From Pirellulales bacterium (GTDB lineage Bacteria; Planctomycetota; Planctomycetia; Pirellulales; JADZDJ01): DNA of 64,000 nucleotides. Within the stretch, counting starts at the first letter, position 1. Each line of letters starts with the position of its first letter. The stretch spans positions 17,765 to 81,764 of the forward strand of contig CAVRAW010000004.1 of assembly GCA_963719205.1 (NCBI GenBank), written 5' to 3'. Positions 45,874 through 54,096 of this stretch are shown here, piece by piece. The position numbers and the translations under genes are program-made. The notes beneath the pieces are model-generated. The model worked only from the letters and a program-made list of their open reading frames with translations, had not been told where the DNA came from and did not search any database.

Positions 45874-48235
45874 ATGGAACTCGTCCGCATCGAAAATATC
45901 CATAAGACCTACCACCTGGGCGAAATCGACGTCCCGGTGCTCAACGGCGTTTCGTTCTCGATTCAGCGCGGCGAAATGGTCGCCCTGATGGGCGCCTCCG
46001 GCTCAGGCAAAACCACGCTGATGAACATTCTGGGCTGTCTCGACCGCCCCAGCTCCGGAAAATATTGGCTCGAAGGCGAGGAGATGAGCGAACTCACGCC
46101 CAACGAGCGCGCCCTGGTGCGCACTTCGAAGCTTGGCTTTGTGTTCCAAAGCTTCAACCTCCTGCCGCGCACCTCGGCCATGAACAATGTGCTCATGCCG
46201 CTGGATTATTTACCCGCCCGACTCAATTCCGCCGAAATCGAAGATCGCGCGCTCAAGCTTCTCGATCGGGTGGGGCTCAGCGACCGGCTCGAACACGAGC
46301 CGTCGCAAATGTCCGGCGGCCAACAGCAACGAGTCGCCATCGCCCGCGCCTTGATCAATCGCCCGGCCCTGCTGCTGGCCGACGAGCCCACCGGAAATCT
46401 CGATTCGCACACCAGCGTCGAGATCCTGCGAATGTTTCAGCAGCTCAACGCCACAGGCATCACCGTGATCCTGGTGACGCACGATCCCAAAGTGGCCTCC
46501 TACGCCCATCGAGTGATTCGCATTGCCGACGGACTCATCGAAAGCGACACGGCCAATCAACCCGGCAGCGAGGCGGATTTGGCCAGTGCCTCCGGGCCGC
46601 ACCGATTGGGCATCGCTGCAACCAGTGATAACGGTCATCCGTCGTCCAATGGAAATGGTCAGACCAATGGTGAGCCGGACGGCGGCGGAACAGCCGGCAC
46701 CTCAGGAGGCGTGGCAACACAAACTCGAGCCAGTGCCACACGACTGCAAACGGTCGCGGAGCGGGCAACCTCGGTCGATGTCGAAGCCGAGCCGTTGCTC
46801 TCCGACAAACAACAAACCCGCCTGCGCTGGCGCCATTGGTGGTCGATGATGCCTCCGACCTTTCGCACGGCCCTGGGCGCCCTGCGCCGCAACAAAATGC
46901 GTTCGGCCCTCACGGCGCTGGGCATCATCATCGGCGTCGGCGCGGTCATCGCCATGATGGAGATCGGCCAAGGTTCCAAGGCCGCCATTCAAGCCTCGAT
47001 CGCCAGCATGGGCGCCAACAGCCTGATGGTCCAGTCCGGCGCAGCCTCCAGCGGCGGCGTCAGCTTCGGCGCCGGCAGCGTGCTGACCCTTACCCCGCAA
47101 GACGCGGAAGAAATCGTCCGCCAGTGCCCCGCCGCTGAAGCGGTGGCGCCGATCGTCCGCGTCCGCGCCCAGGTCATCTATGGCAATCGCAACTGGGTGC
47201 CCATGACCATCTACGGCACCACGCCCGACTACCTCGAAGTCCGCGATTGGAAACAGCTCGATGAAGGCGACATGTTCACCGACCGCGACGTGATCAGCGG
47301 CAACAAAGTCTGCGTCGTCGGCCAAACGCTCGTCCGCGAGCTGTTCCAAGGCGATTCGCCCGTCGGACAAGCGATCCGCGTCCAAAACGTCGCCTTGCGC
47401 GTGGTCGGCGTGCTCAGCCGCAAAAGGCGCCAACACGATGGGCATGGACCAGGACGACATCGTCCTGGCCCCCTGGACCACCATCAAGTATCGCGTCGCC
47501 GGCAACAGCGCCGGCAACGTGAATCAAAGCGCCGCCAGCGCCACAACCAGTGCCGGCACCTCGGTGACGGTCAACACCGTCAACACGCTGAGCAACCTCT
47601 ATCCGGGTTCGACCGCAAAGTATCTCACCCCTTCGACCACCCAGGCAGCGGATACGCCCCAGCCGGTGCGCTTCACCAACGTCGATCAAATCATGGTCAA
47701 GGCGTGGACAGCCGAAGACGTTCCCAAGGCCATCGAAGAGCTGACCGACGTCCTGCGAGAACGGCACCGCCTGCGCCCGGATGAGCCCAGTGACTTTAAC
47801 CTCCGCGATATGACCGAAATCACCAAAACCATGACTTCCACTTCCGACCTGATGACCGTGCTGCTCTTGGTCGTGGCGGCGATCTCGCTGGTGGTCGGCG
47901 GCGTCGGCATTATGAACATCATGTTGGTGTCGGTTACCGAGCGCACTCGTGAAATCGGCCTGCGGATGGCCGTCGGCGCCCGGTCGCATCACATCCTGCG
48001 CCAGTTCTTGATCGAAGCCGTCGTGCTGTGCCTCTTCGGCGGTATTCTGGGAGTTTGCCTCGGCCGCGGTGCTTCGATGCTAGTGCGCGAAATCATGCAC
48101 TGGCCCACGCTGATTTCGATCCCGGCAATCATCGCCGCCTTCGCCGTCTCGGTGACGGTCGGCATCGTGTTCGGCTTTTACCCCGCGTGGAAGGCTTCCC
48201 GCCTCGACCCGATCGAAGCCCTGCGTTACGAATAG
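45874..48235 (+). CDS. macB: MacB-type ABC transporter ATP-binding/permease fusion; indel near 47425
   Basis: [70 protein letters not shown]. Confidence 0.92.
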
Positions 48236-48248
48236 CCGCGCCCTTCCG

Positions 48249-48280
48249 TTTAGCCGCGACGCGCCAGCGGAGCGCGTCGC
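48249..48280 (+). repeat. TTTAGCC-led REP-like hairpin (different stem)
   Basis: tttagcc-gcgacgcgc-cagcgga-gcgcgtcgc. Confidence 0.6.
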
Positions 48281-48435
48281 CGCCCGGCTCACGACAGCAT
48301 CGCTAGCACCGTCCCCCGGATTGAGGTCGTGGCGGCTGCGACAATCCAGTACGCTCTTGCCCCTTGACTCAGCACACCGAGATCCCGGCGCCTCTGCCTG
48401 CTGGGCAACTCTCTTCTCCACCGAGCCGATTGCTC

Positions 48436-49443
48436 ATGCGCCGATTTCTCCTGGCAAGCATTGTTGTATTCGGCGCCGTCTGCGCGCGGGCATCCCGTGC
48501 CCAGGCCGACTATCCGCCATACACCTCCGCTTTGGCCCCCAGCGATCAGTTCCGGATTAGCGAGCCGCCGATCGCGCCGCAGGCCGCTGCGTCCACGCCG
48601 TCAAGTTCGCCGCGGCAGGATCTGCCCCCCGAGGTCCCTTGGGGCCAGCCTGCCCGTCCTTCGAATAGCCCGGCACTAATGGCGCAAAGTCCGACGCCCT
48701 ACGCGGCCGGCGACCAGGCAGCCACCTCCACCATTATCTCGCCGGCGCCGCCGGTCGCCGATGAACAGCTAATCGAATCGACTTTGTACATCCGCACCGA
48801 CTACTTCCACTGGAACGAGCGCCTCTTCGGCGCCGATTTCGTGAACGAAGACGGTGAGCTGACCACCCTCGGCTACGTCCACCGCTACGGCGTGCAGCGA
48901 GTCCGGGGCGAGGTCTTCGGCGGCGAAGTGAATTACGGCGCGCCTCTGCCCGGCGATTTCCTCTCCTCGCACACCGATTATCTGGGTCTGCGCGGTGAGT
49001 ACGAGTTGATTTACGATCCCGACGTATTTCCCAGCCTCAGTCTTTTCGCCGGCCTCGGCACTCGCTTCTGGCTCAGGAATCTGCCCGACGCCGTAACCAA
49101 CAATGGCGTCCCCATCTTCGGCTATCAAGAGAATTGGTGGACCATTTATCCATACCTCGGAGCCGAAACGCGGCGGACCGTGCAGAAGGATACCGAGCTC
49201 TACGGCATGGGCCGAATCGGCGTCACGGCAATCACCTGGGAGCGCGCCACCATCAACGACGTCGCACTCTATCCGCGCCCCGGCGTCACCAGCCAATTGG
49301 AAGGCGGCCTCCGCGGTCAGCATCTCTTTCTGGCCGCGTTCTTCGAGGGCATGAACTGGGCGCAATCGCACCCAGCCCAAGGCTGGCTGCAACCCGCCTC
49401 CACGATGGTCACCGTCGGCCTCAAAACCGGCTACAGCTTCTAA
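48436..49443 (+). CDS. putative outer-membrane beta-barrel protein with Pro-rich N-terminal linker
   Basis: Signal peptide, amphipathic beta strands, C-terminal VGLKTGYSF beta-signal. Confidence 0.7.
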   Translation: MRRFLLASIVVFGAVCARASRAQADYPPYTSALAPSDQFRISEPPIAPQAAASTPSSSPRQDLPPEVPWGQPARPSNSPALMAQSPTPYAAGDQAATSTIISPAPPVADEQLIESTLYIRTDYFHWNERLFGADFVNEDGELTTLGYVHRYGVQRVRGEVFGGEVNYGAPLPGDFLSSHTDYLGLRGEYELIYDPDVFPSLSLFAGLGTRFWLRNLPDAVTNNGVPIFGYQENWWTIYPYLGAETRRTVQKDTELYGMGRIGVTAITWERATINDVALYPRPGVTSQLEGGLRGQHLFLAAFFEGMNWAQSHPAQGWLQPASTMVTVGLKTGYSF

Positions 49444-49492
49444 ATTCAGCCCGCGTCAGCTGGAATTCACCAGCCCTGCAGGCCATCATTAG

Positions 49493-49565
49493 CTCCCCGA
49501 GTAGGACTCGAACCTACGACCCAGCGGTTAACAGCCGCTTGCTCTACCAGCTGAGCTATCGGGGA
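49493..49565 (-). tRNA. tRNA-Asn(GTT), CCA not encoded
   Basis: TCCCCGATAGCTCAGCTGGTAGAGCAAGCGGCTGTTAACCGCTGGGTCGTAGGTTCGAGTCCTACTCGGGGAG folds into a full cloverleaf. Confidence 0.98.
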
Positions 49566-49713
49566 ATACGGGCAAGCCGCTCATCATCGACGTCCCAACG
49601 CTAAGTCCCGAAGTGCCGGCCCTTCTTATGACCATGAGCTATCCGGAAATGCGCGTTGGGGGAAGCAGAGTTCAGCGAATCGAATGTCTCAGTGAACCAA
49701 GCTTTCTCGTCCC

Positions 49714-49742
49714 AGTTTTGGCATCTTGCGAGGTATTGTCAA
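49714..49742 (-). promoter_or_regulatory. probable tRNA-Asn promoter
   Basis: TTGACA-17 nt-AAAACT on the minus strand. Confidence 0.55.
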
Positions 49743-49779
49743 CACCTTTCGATGGCGCGGAAGGGATTATGCTGGAGGC

Positions 49780-51642
49780 ATGAACGGATTTAGATCTGCC
49801 TACGAACCGATCCAAACTCCACTCGCGCTGGCCGGAGTCCTCTTGATCGCCGGCCTGACGCTGCTGGTCTACCTGCCTTCACTGCACGGCGACTTCATCT
49901 TGGACGATGAACGGTATGTGACCGAGAATCCGCATATTGCTTCGTCAGATGGCCTGTATCGAATATGGTGCACAAACCAACTTATCGATTACTGGCCGCT
50001 GACCTATACCACGTTCTGGTTTGAATGGCGGCTGTGGGGAATGAATCCAACCGGGTACCGCGTAACGAATCTGCTTCTGCACATTATCACGGCTCTTCTG
50101 GCGTGGATGATTTTTCGGGAATTATCAATCCCCGGCGCGTTCTTGGCAGCCCTCCTTTTCGCCGTCCATCCTGTAAATGTGGAATCGGTGGCTTGGATTT
50201 CGCAGCGTAAAGAGATGCTGGCGGCGCTATTTTTTATGTTGTCGATCCTGTGGTATCTGCGTCGAGAGGAGAAAAGAAGCGAGGGAAAGCTCGGCGTTGC
50301 TAGTGCGTGCCGCTGGTACTGGCTGAGTTTGTTGGCTTTCGCGTTGGCCATGCTCAGCAAAAGCTCTGCGGCGACTTTGCCGCTGGTGCTGGTGCTGATC
50401 GTGTGGTGGCTTCACGAAAGGGTCACGAAGTGGGATTTCTGCCGATTGCTGCCCTATTTTTGTGTCGCGGCGTTGTTGACCTTGGTTGAAATCTGGTTTC
50501 AAACACGCGGCGACCCGCACGCTCATGCCAGTTTTGACGAACGTTTATGCGGCGCTGGGGCAGTGGTGTGGTTTTATCTGTCCAAGGCCCTCTTGCCGAT
50601 TGACCTGACCTTCATCTATCCCCACTGGAACATTCGCACTGGCCATCTACTCTGGTGGCTGCCGCTGCTGGCAACCTTGGGTGTCACAGCCTTGCTGTGG
50701 CGGCGCCACAATTCGCCGCAGACGAACTCGCGCAGGGCCTTGTTTTTTGCTTGGGGTTTCTTTTGTGTGGCGCTGGCACCAGTGATGGGCTTTGCCGAAG
50801 TGGGCGGCATGAGACTTTCTTTGGCAGCCGATCGTTATGAGCACATCGCCCTCATCGGCGTCGTGGCGCTAGTCGCCGCGGCCTGGAGTTATTGGCACGA
50901 AAGCGTTAGCAAACCGGCTCAGTCCGTCGCTTCCGCTCTGGCAACTGTTGTGGTGGGTGGTCTCGTCGTGCTGACCTGGCAACAAAGCCGGCTCTTCGGT
51001 GATCGCATCAAACTGTATCAAGCCACGCTCGCCGTTAATTCCTTTCCTCTTGCTACGATTCCTTTCCACAACAATCTGGCGGCGGCGCTGATTGTCGCGG
51101 GACGATCACAAGAAGCGATTGAACATTGTGAAGAAGCTCTGCAACTTCAGCCCGATCTACCTCAAGCTTTCTACAATTTGGGCAAAGCTCACATGCAATT
51201 GGGCCATATGGATCAAGCCATCAAAAACTATCAGCACGCCATTTCCCTCAAGCACGACTACGCCGAGGCTCACTTTGGCCTGGGGAATGTCCTATTCAAA
51301 GCCGACCGTCGACCGGAAGCCCTTGAACAATACCAGCTCGCTGTTCGATTCAAGTCAAACGATTCCGACGCCCACGCCAATTTGGCGGTCGCGCTCGCTT
51401 GTCAAGGCAGACCGCAGGAGGCGCTGGAACACTATCGACAAGCCTTGCTGCTCAAGCCCGACAACATCGACGCCCTGGCAAACCTGGCGTTGCTCTATGC
51501 CGCGATCGATCGCCCCGTCGAGGCCGTCGACGCAGCCCAAAAGGCTTTGGATTCGGCTCGAGCTCAAGGCGAATCGGCACTGGCCGATCAAATCCTCGAT
51601 TGGTTGACAAAGTACCGTGACAGCGACCGTGTCAAAAAATGA
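49780..51642 (+). CDS. TMTC-like multi-TM (GT-C type) protein with C-terminal TPR repeats
   Basis: FILDD, YWPLT, FAVHPVNVESVAWISQRK, LSKS, ADRY, about 5 TPRs, GGAGG SD. Confidence 0.88.
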   Translation: MNGFRSAYEPIQTPLALAGVLLIAGLTLLVYLPSLHGDFILDDERYVTENPHIASSDGLYRIWCTNQLIDYWPLTYTTFWFEWRLWGMNPTGYRVTNLLLHIITALLAWMIFRELSIPGAFLAALLFAVHPVNVESVAWISQRKEMLAALFFMLSILWYLRREEKRSEGKLGVASACRWYWLSLLAFALAMLSKSSAATLPLVLVLIVWWLHERVTKWDFCRLLPYFCVAALLTLVEIWFQTRGDPHAHASFDERLCGAGAVVWFYLSKALLPIDLTFIYPHWNIRTGHLLWWLPLLATLGVTALLWRRHNSPQTNSRRALFFAWGFFCVALAPVMGFAEVGGMRLSLAADRYEHIALIGVVALVAAAWSYWHESVSKPAQSVASALATVVVGGLVVLTWQQSRLFGDRIKLYQATLAVNSFPLATIPFHNNLAAALIVAGRSQEAIEHCEEALQLQPDLPQAFYNLGKAHMQLGHMDQAIKNYQHAISLKHDYAEAHFGLGNVLFKADRRPEALEQYQLAVRFKSNDSDAHANLAVALACQGRPQEALEHYRQALLLKPDNIDALANLALLYAAIDRPVEAVDAAQKALDSARAQGESALADQILDWLTKYRDSDRVKK

Positions 51643-51789
51643 TCGTCCCGGACGATCGTCTCCAAAATCCGTAATGCAAGCAACACCATTGCCAACCAGT
51701 TCAATAGTTGTACCCCCGCGATCCTTGAGATAGATTGTAAATAGGCCTTTCGAGCCGACGCAGTGGCTTATCTTTTCGTCGGAGCGTCA

Positions 51790-52500
51790 ATGGTATTGGA
51801 GTTCTTTTGTCCCAACGGGCATCGGATCGTATGCACCGAAGACCGCGCGGGAGAAAAAGCCCGCTGTCCCAAGTGCAACGTCCTGTTCCGTATCCCGGGG
51901 CCGGATGGCGCCAACACCACCGCCAAAGCGTCGCTGTCGGGAGTCGGAATAACGGGGAGCTTGAGCTTGGGAAATCCAGGAGCCAGCGGCGTGCCAGTGT
52001 CCGAACCCGGAAAATCGGGGGCCGGCAAGGAGCAGATTATTTTTCTCTGCCCCAACGGTCATCGCGTCAATGCCCCGCCCAGTTTGCAGGGCCGCCCCGG
52101 TCAATGCCCGATCTGCGGCGCGCAATTCGTGATTCCCACGATGTCCGAAGTCGTTAAAACCGAGGAATTGGGTTTCGCCGACGACGTTGCCTCGGGTAGC
52201 GCCACTCGCCTGCCGACGCCGCAGCAAGAGGCCTTACAAACCGCCGGAGCTCATCCGCTTTGCAATATGATGCGCAAGCTCTGGGACGAAAAACAGCACG
52301 GCGGAATCATCGAAATCCATCTCGCCAACGGAGCACTGCTGACGCCCGATTGGTTCGACGAGAAGCACTCGCGTCTGTCGCACGGCCTGTTCGCCGCGCA
52401 ATCGGCCGACGGCACCGTCACCATGACCATCGTCGCCTGGGACAGCATCCAGCGCATCGTCGTGCGCAACGTCGAAGGCTTGCCCGAAGGCATGTTCTAA
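51790..52500 (+). CDS. double CPNGH zinc-ribbon protein
   Basis: CPNGH...CPKC and CPNGH...CPIC. Confidence 0.82.
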   Translation: MVLEFFCPNGHRIVCTEDRAGEKARCPKCNVLFRIPGPDGANTTAKASLSGVGITGSLSLGNPGASGVPVSEPGKSGAGKEQIIFLCPNGHRVNAPPSLQGRPGQCPICGAQFVIPTMSEVVKTEELGFADDVASGSATRLPTPQQEALQTAGAHPLCNMMRKLWDEKQHGGIIEIHLANGALLTPDWFDEKHSRLSHGLFAAQSADGTVTMTIVAWDSIQRIVVRNVEGLPEGMF

Positions 52501-52528
52501 CAGACGGGTGCTCGCGGCCGCTGAGCCA

Positions 52529-52918
52529 TCATTCCCGCGGGGGCAGCTTGCCCTGCTTCATCAATTCGCCGTAGGTCGGCGAGTTCGGATCCTCCGGCTC
52601 GGCCTTCATTTTGAGCACTGAATCGAAGGCCTCGTCAATTTTCGCGGTGTCTTTTTCGTTGTGCAGCAGTTTGGCCAGTTCGCGGCCAAAGGCGTTGCGG
52701 TTTTTCTTGCTTTCGCCCATGTGGCAAATCGTGCACTTGGCCTTCACCGCGGAGTCGGCAAACGATTTCTCGTTCGGATCCGTGCTGTCGCGATTGATGA
52801 ATTTCGACGCGAACTCTTTGCTGTATTGAGGCCGCGATTGGGCCTGCTGCGCGCTAAATAACAGCACGATTGCGCTTGCCGATACACCGACGATCGTGGC
52901 CAATCTGATCCGCTTCAT
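52529..52918 (-). CDS. small exported c-type cytochrome-like protein
   Basis: Signal peptide, CTICH haem-binding motif, RNAFG. Confidence 0.78.
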   Translation of the reverse strand: MKRIRLATIVGVSASAIVLLFSAQQAQSRPQYSKEFASKFINRDSTDPNEKSFADSAVKAKCTICHMGESKKNRNAFGRELAKLLHNEKDTAKIDEAFDSVLKMKAEPEDPNSPTYGELMKQGKLPPRE

Positions 52919-53137
52919 GCCATCTTGCTCCTGCGATTGGAACTCTGCCGCGCCGTCGAAAGCGGCGCTAAGCGGTGGGTAATTGATTAGAAATGCTCGT
53001 CGCACCCGGCGGGCTGCCTCTAGGGTGGCTAGCGGTAGGTTCGTCCAGTAGAAGCGTTCGGTTGCCCGGCTGTCAAGCGCACCCCTTGCTAGCTTGGCGG
53101 CTGGCGGCGCAGTTCGCCGCCACATCATTGGTCCTGT

Positions 53138-53884
53138 TTACAAATGGCTTTCCAGCAGCAGCCGCAGCTTCCGCAGCTCGCCGGTATGATCGATATCGGG
53201 CATCGGTGTGATGTGCACGCACAGCGCCCGATTGTAATCATGCATTCCCAATTGCGTGATCAGCCGGCTATACTCGATCTCCCCTTGTCCAACGCGCACC
53301 TGGAATTTGTCTTTCGTCGAGTCGCGCAGATGCACGTGCACCGTGTGCTTGAATACCTGGTTATAATTGCCCCCTTTGTGCGGACCGTGCACGAAGTGAC
53401 TGGGATCCAGCGTCAGTCCAAGCCCCTTCACCTGCTGGCACAGCACGACCGCGGTTTCCGGATCTTGTGAAATGCGACCCTCTTCGGTGAGCACTCCCAC
53501 CAGCGCGCCCCCTTCGGAGGCAATCCGCACTAGTTCGCGCAGGCGCTCGATTTCCGCGTTGAACGGCGTGCCCAATTCGCCGCTGCGGACCATGATGGTC
53601 ACGACCTTGATCGCTTTCGCCAGCCGGCAACAAGCCCCGAACTGCCGATAGTAGTCGTCCCCTGGATCGGGATCGACGGCAAAAGCCAGCGGCGTGAGCC
53701 GCTGCGTGTTGCGGCATCGGGCAATGGCGCGCTCCGTGTCGGCCAATACTTCCGCCGGCTTCAGGCAGCCGTCCTCGGCGCGGATGCTGATTTCAACCCG
53801 GCTGAATTCTAAATCCGCCAACCGGCCCACCGCTTCGTCCAACGACGCGCCGGGAAAACAATCAGTAGATGCGGCAACAAGCAC
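53138..53884 (-). CDS. sugar phosphate isomerase/epimerase (AP endonuclease 2 TIM barrel)
   Basis: LTLDPSH, HVHLRD, VGQGEI.Y. Confidence 0.85.
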   Translation of the reverse strand: MLVAASTDCFPGASLDEAVGRLADLEFSRVEISIRAEDGCLKPAEVLADTERAIARCRNTQRLTPLAFAVDPDPGDDYYRQFGACCRLAKAIKVVTIMVRSGELGTPFNAEIERLRELVRIASEGGALVGVLTEEGRISQDPETAVVLCQQVKGLGLTLDPSHFVHGPHKGGNYNQVFKHTVHVHLRDSTKDKFQVRVGQGEIEYSRLITQLGMHDYNRALCVHITPMPDIDHTGELRKLRLLLESHL

Positions 53885-54096
53885 TCCGTTTCTCCTTCCT
53901 CTTCCGCTTTATCCAATCCGTGGTCCGTGGGTGTAGCTTACTGCCCAATGCCCCGCTGTGGCAACACCGTCTCCAGCACTCGCCATGTCTCATTCCTGCA
54001 TTAGCCAGACTGTGTCGGTCGGGCCACGAGAGTACAATCGCAAATAGAGCAGTGCTTTGCTCTTGAGCGAGTTAACCTCCTAATTTTCGTCAGCGC

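Noticed and set aside
43600-51700. Genomic island integrated at tRNA-Asn
   Set aside because: No integrase, and I found no direct repeat of the tRNA 3' end in the window. Only one gene looks compositionally atypical.
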